A stretch of DNA of 64,000 bases from Diplonema japonicum (taxonomy: Eukaryota > Protista > Euglenozoa: Diplonemea): positions 124,001 to 188,000 of the forward strand of contig OZ025705.1 of NCBI GenBank assembly GCA_964019335.1, read 5' to 3'. Below, piece by piece: positions 45,755 through 55,071 of the stretch. How positions within the stretch are numbered: position 1 is the stretch's first letter; each line of letters opens with the position of its first letter. The notes below the pieces were generated by a model, which saw only the letters and a program-made list of their open reading frames with translations, had not been told where the DNA came from and did not search any database. The translations under genes and the position numbers were made by a program.

Positions 45755-46695
45755 TATACCTTTTCTTTTTTCAACTGTTGAACGACCTTGAGGTTGGCGT
45801 CCATTGCAGCTCCGAGTTCCTCGCCAGCGGTTTCGATCCACGTCGGGTCGTTCTCCTCTAGTTCGAATGTTTTCGGCTTCGATCCGTTAACAGGCGTGAC
45901 GACCTTGTTCAGCCGCATTCCTAGCGAATCATGCAGCAACGCACGGTATGTGAACGGCTGGACCAGACCAGTTGCAAGATCAGCGTTTCTGTCACAGAGA
46001 ATGAGAACAGGGCGAGCCGCGTCTGAAGGGGGGATGAGATAGTGCTCCTTCAGCATGTCTTTGATCTTCGACGTTACAAGCCGCGCAAGCTCTTGAGAAG
46101 TGTCAGACGTTCGCACAGACACCACAATGGGGACCAGCTGCAAGGTCAGCAACACATGAACAATTCCGTTCGCAAGGTCATCAAAGTATTTCATTATCTG
46201 GTCCTGGTCCGTGTGGCTGGAACCGATTGTGTAATATGAGTCTCGTATTTGCAGTGAGAACAAATCCCGTTCGGGAGACACAAAGGACATGAACTGGTCC
46301 TTAACGGTAATATTGCTAAGGTTCGGGAGTTCTTGCAGCTCTCCTGCAAACCGTTCTAAAAGCTTCCGCGAGACAGGTGATGTGAAATTGATGTTGTAGC
46401 TGCTATATTTCCCCTTTACGCAATCCTGTGCGATGGCGACAATATTCTCTTCTGTTGGTTTTACCAGGTACACAGCTGGTGCGTCGGGTACGTTCCCCCT
46501 GCTCTTCCCTAGTTCCAGGAATAGTGTCACCCCAAGCTTTCGCAGCTCGCCGACGTTTAAAATTGGGGCGATCACATCCTTTCCGTAATCGTCATATATC
46601 AAGATATTCCACTCGCTCCCGGCTTTGCAGCATATTGTCTCCTTCAGCGCCGCCTTCGTCAGTTCCCTCAGGGACAGGCCTCTGTTATATTGCAT
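44847..46695 (-). CDS. SLY1: Sec1/Munc18 family protein SLY1 (SCFD1), 3 exons, ~581 aa
   Basis: WNILIYDDYGKDVIAPILNVGELRKLGVTL, RPVLILCDRNADL, FVIGGGNYTE, VVYGATEL. Exons 46695-45760, 45715-45428, 45368-44847; introns 45716-45759 and 45369-45427. Confidence 0.92.
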
Positions 46696-46816
46696 TTTTT
46701 AATTTTTTTCTTTTTTTTTTTATTCCCCTTCCTCTTCCAGCCGTCGATTCTTCTCTTTTTCCAGTTGTGTGTGTGCCTGGGGTGGGGAGAATTAAAAAAA
46801 AAGAAAATTGGCTTTG

Positions 46817-46852
<36 letters not shown>

Positions 46853-47220
46853 GTAAAATAAAAAAAAGAGAGAGAAAGCAGAGACACTTTCTCCTTGGTT
46901 TCATCCCCCCATACCCGTGTTTTTTTTTTTTTTTAAACCATTTACCATTAAAGGACTATTTATCGAAAATCATTTTTGGCGGCACGAAAGCTCATATGAC
47001 ATTCTCACTGACGATGAGCGGGAGAGCGAAATTACGCGTAAGAAATGGCGGGGCACAGGGGAGCGCATTCTCAAGCTGTTCATCCCCATGGCCTTTGTGA
47101 AGTTTGCACCGTTTTTGCAAGTGGAACGATATCTATGAACAAAAGCCACCGTTCTTTAATGGATAAAAACCTTTTCTTTTCACCCTTCTTTTTTTTTTTT
47201 TTTTTTCTCTTTTTTTTTTT

Positions 47221-48102
47221 TCACAATTTCGAATACACTTCGGACTCAGCAGGCCCTGCCAGGAACACCGGTACCTTCATGTGCAGTTTTTGAACTTGGT
47301 GGGGAAAAGGCATGTCCAAGAGAGGAGTCAAATTTTCAAGGGTACCTGTACCGCCAGCTGTCTCAAAAATAAAAGCCATGGGATAGGCCTCATAGACAAG
47401 ACGAAGCTTTCCGTTAGAGTTCTTGGCGTCGGCAGGAAGGAGGAAGCCACCGCCATTCATCAAGATACGGTGGGCGTCAGATGCCATACACGCCATCCAC
47501 CTCACAGAGCGCCCACGCATAGCTCCAGCCCATGCTACAGAACGGGGTACGCACCACGATGAGACCAGGCCTTCATTGCAAGCGTAGACTTTGCCTTTTG
47601 TGGGGATTTTGTGGTCGGTCTTGGTCCGCTCGAATCTGGATGTTTTATGGTTAAGTGTGTACAGGCAGACGCCCTCTGCTTTTGTTGCGAAGACGAACGA
47701 AGTTGCCGCCCCGAAGATTGCGTAACCCGCAGCCACGATGTCCCTCCCATTGCGAGGGAGCCCACGGGCTTCCTTGAACACAGCGAAGATCATTCCGGTC
47801 GTTATGTTCACTGCGATGTTCTGCGACCCGTCCAGAGGGTCGTATGTCACCAAGAACCCCTCGTTCCCTGCCTTCATGATCACGTCGTCCCTCTCTTCAG
47901 ATGCGAAGCCCCTCACCGCGCTGCACCTCATCAGCCATTTCTCCATCGCTTCGTCCGCGATCACATCCACGGTCTCCTGGTGGTCACCGCTGTCGTTCTG
48001 GGTACCCTTTTTCTTCCCGAAGTTCGAGTTCAGATCCCCCACCCTCATCACCTCTGCGATCTCGATCGCCGCGTGTTGCAGGGCTTCTTTTACCTCATCC
48101 AT
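47221..48102 (-). CDS. FBP: class I fructose-1,6-bisphosphatase (or SBPase-like) with C-terminal PTS1 -SKL
   Basis: NDSGDHQ..D, ASEE, YDPLDGSQNI, GKLRLVYEAYPMAFI; ends YSKL*. Confidence 0.88.
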   Translation of the reverse strand: MDEVKEALQHAAIEIAEVMRVGDLNSNFGKKKGTQNDSGDHQETVDVIADEAMEKWLMRCSAVRGFASEERDDVIMKAGNEGFLVTYDPLDGSQNIAVNITTGMIFAVFKEARGLPRNGRDIVAAGYAIFGAATSFVFATKAEGVCLYTLNHKTSRFERTKTDHKIPTKGKVYACNEGLVSSWCVPRSVAWAGAMRGRSVRWMACMASDAHRILMNGGGFLLPADAKNSNGKLRLVYEAYPMAFIFETAGGTGTLENLTPLLDMPFPHQVQKLHMKVPVFLAGPAESEVYSKL

Positions 48103-48807
48103 TTTCTTTTTCTCTCTCTCTTTTTTCTTTTTTTTTTTTGTTTCTTTTTTTTTCCCCCCCCTTTCTCCCCCCCGAACATCTTATTATTGCCGGCACCGTG
48201 CGAACAACAGCCTTCGTTTGTGCCTCTTATATGAAGACTTTGCGAGGCCGTGCATGCCAACGCCAGGAATAACCAGCACGCCGTCCCATACAACCCTTAC
48301 TTCGCCTCAAGGGTCCGATCACAAGTTAATATCGAACCTGTGTGGGTAATTTCACGCTGATAAAGTACTTGTTTAAGTACTTCTTCAAAGAAGGGGAGAT
48401 GGCAGAGGTGAAGACCTCAGGCAGCAAGAGTGACAGGAACGTGGTATTCGAACATCTTAATGGTATGTACCTTGGGTCTGCGGAAGCCATGGGCACCTGC
48501 TCGGCACCCCAATGGTCGAAATGCACCCGCATATCTCGAACTCCCTGAGTCTGCGTCTGGAAGCGAATGAACAAATATGGGCGGTGAGGAAGTGGGACGC
48601 GGAATCGGAAAGCTTCGTGGCGAGAACAAAAAAAAAAAAAAACAAACAAACAAAAAGTACATAAGAGATAAAGGAGGCCAGTGTTGTACAACAACTGCCT
48701 ACTTTGATTACAAAATAAAAAAAAAAAAAAAAAAAAAAAAAAACAGACTAGATAAAGAGGTTCCGTAGTGAAACACCCCTTCTCACAAAAAAAAAAAACT
48801 AGCAGTG

Positions 48808-49326
48808 TTACCACCGTAATCGAACATCTAACATTCGAGAGGCTTGGGCGGGTTGGTCTGAAGGGTTGTCAAGGGAGGGGATGCGAAGAGAGCCTGCACC
48901 ATGGTTGACTTCTTCTAGCTGGTGCCGGCGGTGTGTGGAGGCTTCAGTAAGTGCGTGGAGGACGACAGAGGCCATGGCCCGCTGGCGGTGGTCCAGCACT
49001 GATGCGCGTCCATCGCTCTCATTGTGCAGTGCGAGGTGGCCTGACGGGAGGGAGAGGGCGAGGCACCGCATTCTGGAGTTGAAGCAAAATATCCGCTCTT
49101 GCTTCAGAGCTTTCCACGCCCACTGCGCCACTTCAATCTCCCGCGACTCGTCACTTAAAATATCACACCTCGCCCCTCCCTCTTCCACTGCTATCCCAGC
49201 GGCGTCGACCTTCAGTGCCTCGTTCTCATTCCCTAATATTGCCTTCACGTTTAAAACAGCTTCTGCTGTCGATGGGATTACACCTCCTGTTTTGAGGATC
49301 TTCTTTTTCCGCAGTCTTGGCTGCAT
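48808..49326 (-). CDS. hypothetical protein
   Basis: Coding-like 172-codon frame from MQPRLRK, preceded by an A-rich tract; no recognisable domain. Confidence 0.45.
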   Translation of the reverse strand: MQPRLRKKKILKTGGVIPSTAEAVLNVKAILGNENEALKVDAAGIAVEEGGARCDILSDESREIEVAQWAWKALKQERIFCFNSRMRCLALSLPSGHLALHNESDGRASVLDHRQRAMASVVLHALTEASTHRRHQLEEVNHGAGSLRIPSLDNPSDQPAQASRMLDVRLRW

Positions 49327-50075
49327 TTGGTTTTTGTGTATTTCTTTTTGAACCTTTTTGAGGGAATGGGGGGGGGAGAAAAAAGAAAATTGTAAAAAAA
49401 AAAAAAAAAACGTAGCAGGAAGGGGAAGGAGAGAAAAAAAGGGGGGGGGGAGCAGCAGGCTCCACATTCAAAAATGCAGTTTTATGAGGGGTGGGGTTTG
49501 CCATTTAAAAAGTAGGCAATACAGGGAGGTGGGTGAAGGGGGGGGAGCGGGGGCGAATGCAGTTGACAAAAATAAGAGGCTACTGGGAGAGGGCAGAGGC
49601 GTGTGTTGGTTTCCTCCTTTCATCATGTTTCCCCTTATTATTATGTTTTTTTTTTATATTTATTCTAGGTAAGCGAGAGGATTAAAAAAATAGGGAAAGG
49701 GGGGGGGGGGGGGGGGTGCTGCGCCCTTCTCGCCATCTGCCGCTTTGTTGCCTAACGCAATACGCCCGCTAAATAAAAAAAAAAAAAGTATTCATATGCC
49801 CTCCCCGAGAGTTATGAAGCAGAAGAAAACAGAATTGGGGAGAGGGGGAAAAAAAAAAGAGAAAAGAAAAAGCAGGTTAGGAACTCGTTTATTTCTTCTT
49901 CTTTCTTTTTACTTCTGTTCTCACTCTTCCGTCAAAAAAAAAAAAAAAAAAAAAAGAAAAGAAAAATTGTCCTTTTCTTTTTCTTCTTTCTGCACACAGG
50001 CAAAAAAAAAAATAAAAATAAAATAAAAATACGAAAAAACCAAACATAACAGACCCCCCCTCTCTCTTTCCCGGC

Positions 50076-51467
50076 TCATTTTTCACTTCTTTTTTTTGTC
50101 TCCTCAGGAACTTCGGGTTTTAGGGTAGGGGATGCTGAATACGACGACCTGCTCTTGCCGCTGCTGTTTGGGTTTGACCAATCAAACGAGTGCCACAGAA
50201 CATTCCTGGGGTCTTCCTTCCGAGGGTCGTCTTTGGGGGACGCCTTCTGACTCCGTGAAGTGGCGTCCTTTTCATCAAACTTAGGGAAATTGCTTGTATC
50301 GGAAGGAGAACGCAGCTCGGGCTGAAACGCTGCACGCGTCTGCCGGATCCCGTCCCAGTTACAGCCTTTAAAGTACGAATGACATTTTATCTGCTCGTAC
50401 GTTAATCGGCGTTCTGGCTCGCAGAGAAGACTTCTAATAAGATCTTCAGCGGAGGCATCTAGGTTGCACTCCTTTGGAAAGTGAAGAAAATCCTTCCATT
50501 GTAAAATCTTTTTACAGGTTTTGATCGGGTCGGCAGAGTAAAACGGAGGATATCCACACAGCATCTCGTACAAAATTACTCCAACGGACCACCAGTCGCA
50601 ATCCACCCCGTATCCTTTCTTTTGAAGAACTTCTGGAGCTATGTACCCAGGGCTTCCTACAGTGGAGTAAAACATCTTTCGTCTTTGTTGAGAAGATCTC
50701 CATGAAACCTGTTTTGCTCGATGATTTTCGTCGGATTTTCCGGAAGAACCAAGCGTCGCTTCTTCTTCAGGCTGCCCTGAGACGGAATGAGCCGCATTCG
50801 ACGGGAGTAACAACCCTTCTTTGTCATAACCGTATTTTTCAGGAAAATGCTTGCACAGACCGAAATCGGAAAGTTGTATGTGCCCGGTAACATCTAAAAG
50901 AATGTTGTCTGGTTTTACATCTCTGTGGACATATTTCATTTGGTGGATGGAGTGGACCGCATGGCACAGTTCTATCGTGTAGAACCTTGCTGTATTGTTA
51001 GAGAACACCTCTTCCTTTATCAACCATTGCATCAAGTCCCCGCCTGCTAAATAATCCATGATGAGGTACAGATATTCCTCGTCTTGAAAAGAATGGTGCA
51101 GGGTCACTACCCATGTGTTCACCTCCGCTCCAGCTTGAAGAACTTCTTGTTCTGCTCTTACGTGTTGTACTTGGTTTCGAGCCATCATGTCTTCTTTTCG
51201 GAGTTTTTTCAATGCGAAAAGCTTGTTTTTCCCGTCTTCTACTGTTACATTGTCTTTATACTTGCATAGGAAAACCTCGCCAAAAGCGCCTTTTCCGATT
51301 AGATTGGATAGTTCGAAGTTTGAGATAGTCATCTTCTTCTTATGCAGGCCTGGTTTTTCGTTGTTCTGCATCCGCGTCAGCATGGTTCTGTAGATTCCTT
51401 CGACTGATTGCTTGCAGGCCTTCGCCTTCTCCTGTGTGATGCGGGAGCATGCGTCTACTGCCGCCAT
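50076..51467 (-). CDS. NDR/LATS (Cbk1/Orb6-like) AGC kinase
   Basis: [32 protein letters not shown], long insert, [19 protein letters not shown]; start MAAVDAC at 51467. Confidence 0.93.
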   Translation of the reverse strand: MAAVDACSRITQEKAKACKQSVEGIYRTMLTRMQNNEKPGLHKKKMTISNFELSNLIGKGAFGEVFLCKYKDNVTVEDGKNKLFALKKLRKEDMMARNQVQHVRAEQEVLQAGAEVNTWVVTLHHSFQDEEYLYLIMDYLAGGDLMQWLIKEEVFSNNTARFYTIELCHAVHSIHQMKYVHRDVKPDNILLDVTGHIQLSDFGLCKHFPEKYGYDKEGLLLPSNAAHSVSGQPEEEATLGSSGKSDENHRAKQVSWRSSQQRRKMFYSTVGSPGYIAPEVLQKKGYGVDCDWWSVGVILYEMLCGYPPFYSADPIKTCKKILQWKDFLHFPKECNLDASAEDLIRSLLCEPERRLTYEQIKCHSYFKGCNWDGIRQTRAAFQPELRSPSDTSNFPKFDEKDATSRSQKASPKDDPRKEDPRNVLWHSFDWSNPNSSGKSRSSYSASPTLKPEVPEETKKRSEK

Positions 51468-51720
51468 TTTTCTTTCCTTTTTTTCTTTTCTCCCCCCCCC
51501 CTCCCTCCCCTCTCCACGTACCCTTTTTTTTTTAAAATTTTTTTTTATTTTGTACTGTATTCGCTTTAGATATAATAGGACGAAACACAAAATCTTTTTT
51601 TTTTTTTGGATGGAGTTCTATCTCTATGCTGTTTTTTTTTTTTTTTTTTTTTTTTTTTAGGAGGGGAGGGAGAGGAAGAGGCTTTTTTTTTTATATATTA
51701 GTGTTTTCATTAGTTTTTCT

Positions 51721-51817
51721 TTTTTTTTTTTCTTCCCTTTCTCCATATATACCCGGTATTCATCCTGACCAATCTGTTGATCTCAGCAATGACAAGAAGG
51801 GACTCGACAGAATCCTT
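51721..51817 (-). pseudogene. orphan duplicate of part of exon 2 plus the intron-2 5' end of the PH-like gene (copy of ~55115-55209)
   Basis: CTTCCCTTTCTCCATATATACCCGG...GACTCGACAGAATCCTT is identical at both loci. Confidence 0.85.
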
Positions 51818-52496
51818 AAATAATGGCCCTTCAGAGTGAAAAAATGGGTCTCACCGTGGAAAAAAATGCACCCAAAAAATGCACCCTTGAAAAACTTTTT
51901 TGGGATGGGGGTATTTTGACTATTTTTGGCCATTCCAGCCCCTTTAAATGCCACGGCGAAATAGCTACCCTGTATTACCTTACGAAAATCCCCAAAAAGC
52001 TGACCTGCGTGAAAAAAAACAGCAGTGAAAGCAGGGCCCTCGTGCAAAAAATTCGGGAACTCGAGTTAAATAATGACTCATTATTTGTCAATTTGGCAAT
52101 AAATAGCTATTTTAGTACTACAGATATTTTTATCCCCTTTATCCAATAGTTTTTTTTTTTTACCCCCTTTTTCTTTTTTTTAAAAAAGAAAAAGAGTTAG
52201 CCGTTTTTTTTTTCTCCCCCACCCCCCCCTTTTTTTTAAATCTTTTTTTTTTTTTGCGCCTTCCTTTTTTTTCCCCCCTTTAAAAAAAAGAGTCTTTAAA
52301 AAAATCAAAAACAAAAACAAAAAGGAGGAGACTTTAAAAAAAAAAAAAAGAAAAAACAAAACAAAAAAAAAATTCACTATGGTAGGAACGAAGTGGTTAG
52401 CAACGGCCCGCCATAAAATAAAAAAAAAAAATGGTGAGACGGATAAAAAAAAAAAATGAAAGTTAATCTTACAAAAAATAGGGGGTCTTTTTTTTT

Positions 52497-54761
52497 TCAC
52501 GCAGGCAATAGCTCCACATCTGTATCTTCATCACCAGCAAAAGTAGGGAAAGAAGGACGAGAGTCCATGAAGGGCGTGCCGTAGGCTTTATGTGTGACCG
52601 CAGGAAGTGCGAAAGGAGTGGGTATTCCGCCTTCTGTGTCCTCTGTATCGCTTTCATAACCGGTGGGATCGTCCAATAATTCAAGATTTTCATCTATTTC
52701 CAGCTCAATTCCAGAATCGCTTGACATCCCTCTTGGAGTCTGCAGAGGTGACAAATCAAAGTCCGAAACCAACTGCACATCTTCGTCCTGAAACTCGTTC
52801 ACCGACTGAGGGGATGATAAGACAGCGTTTTCACTGTTGGACCGTCTCCTCAAAACCCCCTCCGTGCAGCAGTGCTCTAAAGGATTCTTCACCGCAGCTG
52901 TGATGGCTACCAACAGCACGTAACCCAACAAACCCGATAATAGCACCAAATGCGCTGTATATTCCACCCTATCCTTTCTGAACACGAAGAAGCACACCGC
53001 GAATGCAATCGATGTGACAATGCTTATATGAACCATCAAAACAATAGTTCGTACAAGCCTACCGTAATGCACTGCGTCCAAAGTATTATGCCGGGTGTAT
53101 AAATATGTTTGGGCATGGTGGTGGTGGATCACCAACTTCAACACCACCAAGATGAACAGCATACATGATGCGAGGGGGGAGAACACGGCGAAGTTGAATC
53201 CCACTCCAAAGCAACTCAGAACTAAAGCATATTGCCAGGAGAACTCAAAGTCCCCCGCCCACGCCTCGCCCCGCCCCCCGTGCCATAAGTAACTTATCAG
53301 CTCGTACGGACGCCACAATTCGTACAAATTCCCCACCGTTCCGTAAACCTGCAGGAGGTTCACAAAGAACGCCCCGGCGTTTGGAAGAAACATATGTTTT
53401 ATCGACGCAGCTTGCAAACCCGCAACAGCAGAAATAGTGCTCAACGCTACCGCCGGAAGCACAAAAGTACACAACATCAAGTACGTGAAGATCCTCCATA
53501 TCACAAGCTGGCGTGTTTTAAACAAAGAAATCTGCGGTTGTATTTTAGTAACGTACTCGATAAGCAGAGGCGGTGCCAGCGTAAGTGTGAGGTACGTTAG
53601 GATGGGAAGGTAGTGAAGGACAAAAGGCGTGTCCGAGGTGTCCGTGAAAAACAACCGTAAAAATGTGACATGGATAGTAGCCTGTTCAAAGGCGGCGTAG
53701 ATTGCAGTAGGGGTGGAAAAGAACACCAACGCAACAACAAGAACAACATTAGCAGCAACGCTGTACACGGTACGGGGCTTACCAACATCCTGCCAACGAA
53801 TGTCATGAGGATGATGCGCACGGTCTACAACAATGCGTGCGTTGAACGGGGGGACTACAATATTCTTTTGTTTGAATGCCAGCCCGCTCCACACCATGGA
53901 CGAAAAAACCACGTGACCGAAGTTCTGTACTTCCTTAGGACGAGATTCTTCCCACCACGAGGTGATATCCTTCAACACAGCATCGCGGCCGCTTTCCTTC
54001 ACCTTCCGCAGTTTATCTTCCAACACCAGTCGTTTCCTTACATCGTGCGATAGATACACATCAACAACCCCACCCGGGCACACTGTTTCAAAGTACGCTC
54101 TAAGATCGCTTTTATCAACCCCGTGACTGGGGATGTTCATGAGCCGAAGGGTTTTCCCAACCAGCTTCTGATCGAGGATTGGGATGTTCTTAGCAGCTTC
54201 GGTGAAGAGCCTCACGAAATAAAGCGCGAAAAAAGTGTTAAGGAAGATGCCTGCGAGGTGGAAGAAAAGGAGAAGCGGAGTTTGTTCGATCCCGTGTATT
54301 GTCGTTTTGATAAAGTAATGGTCTTCTGATTGTGCCAGTGTGCTGTTGTCGGCGTCGAAATCGTCACGTGACGAGAAGAGATGAATTGGAAGGTAGATGC
54401 AAAGGCTGAGGAGGCCTATACTTGCCGCCAGTAAGCACAGCATTCTCATGAAGAGAAGGTATAGACCGGTGTCGGCGCCGTGTTTTGCCGAGATTTTCAA
54501 TACGGAGTCTGCTTTTGTTAGGGATATTAGCCAGACTCGGAAGCCCTTGTCCCACTCGTGGGTTAGGCCTGTTTCAACCACATTCCCAACTTTTCGGTAG
54601 AGCTTGTGGTTTCGCAGCCCGCACCACCACACCACCCCTCCTATCAAACAAACCGTGCAGTTCAACCAGAATAACAAGAACACCGTGCTGCCGTCGTGCA
54701 CTCCCTGAGACGTTGGGTCTGTGTACACCGGGACATTCCCCTCATTTGACCCACTGTCCAT
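52497..54761 (-). CDS. OSCA/TMEM63/CSC1 family mechanosensitive channel
   Basis: HGADTGLYLLF, TLRLMNIP, RAHHPHDIRWQD, FFSTP, FLPNAGAFFVN, FEFSWQYA; start MDSGSNE at 54761. Confidence 0.88.
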   Translation of the reverse strand: MDSGSNEGNVPVYTDPTSQGVHDGSTVFLLFWLNCTVCLIGGVVWWCGLRNHKLYRKVGNVVETGLTHEWDKGFRVWLISLTKADSVLKISAKHGADTGLYLLFMRMLCLLAASIGLLSLCIYLPIHLFSSRDDFDADNSTLAQSEDHYFIKTTIHGIEQTPLLLFFHLAGIFLNTFFALYFVRLFTEAAKNIPILDQKLVGKTLRLMNIPSHGVDKSDLRAYFETVCPGGVVDVYLSHDVRKRLVLEDKLRKVKESGRDAVLKDITSWWEESRPKEVQNFGHVVFSSMVWSGLAFKQKNIVVPPFNARIVVDRAHHPHDIRWQDVGKPRTVYSVAANVVLVVALVFFSTPTAIYAAFEQATIHVTFLRLFFTDTSDTPFVLHYLPILTYLTLTLAPPLLIEYVTKIQPQISLFKTRQLVIWRIFTYLMLCTFVLPAVALSTISAVAGLQAASIKHMFLPNAGAFFVNLLQVYGTVGNLYELWRPYELISYLWHGGRGEAWAGDFEFSWQYALVLSCFGVGFNFAVFSPLASCMLFILVVLKLVIHHHHAQTYLYTRHNTLDAVHYGRLVRTIVLMVHISIVTSIAFAVCFFVFRKDRVEYTAHLVLLSGLLGYVLLVAITAAVKNPLEHCCTEGVLRRRSNSENAVLSSPQSVNEFQDEDVQLVSDFDLSPLQTPRGMSSDSGIELEIDENLELLDDPTGYESDTEDTEGGIPTPFALPAVTHKAYGTPFMDSRPSFPTFAGDEDTDVELLPA

Positions 54762-55071
54762 GTGGAAGTGGCGAGGGGGGAGGGGTTTTTTTCTTCTTTT
54801 TTTTTTATATAGGATGTGTGTAACACCCCACACACACTGCCTTCTAGAGGTCCGGTAAAATAGTGTTTAAAAAAAAAAACACGACAAAAAAAAAGAAAAC
54901 ACAATAAAAAAAAAAAAAAAAAACAAGGGCGGGGCAAGGGACCAAACCAACACAATCTTTTTTTCTTGGAAGAAGGGATGTTATAAAAATGGAAGAGGTA
55001 GGGTTGGGGGAACAAATCCATCCCATCTTCTTTTTTTTTTCTTTTTCGGCCGTCTCTCTTCCCCCCCCCCC

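Noticed and set aside
45369-45759. Frameshifted pseudogene or programmed frameshifting in SLY1 (also USP and transportin)
   Set aside because: Every break is bounded by GT...AG and its removal restores the frame exactly; introns are the simpler explanation.
46917-47138. Protein-like + strand ORF between SLY1 and FBP
   Set aside because: Short, against cluster orientation and no recognisable domain.
48180-48814. Possible extra exons of the 48808-49326 gene
   Set aside because: No consistent spliced frame could be built, and the region contains repeat family A copies.
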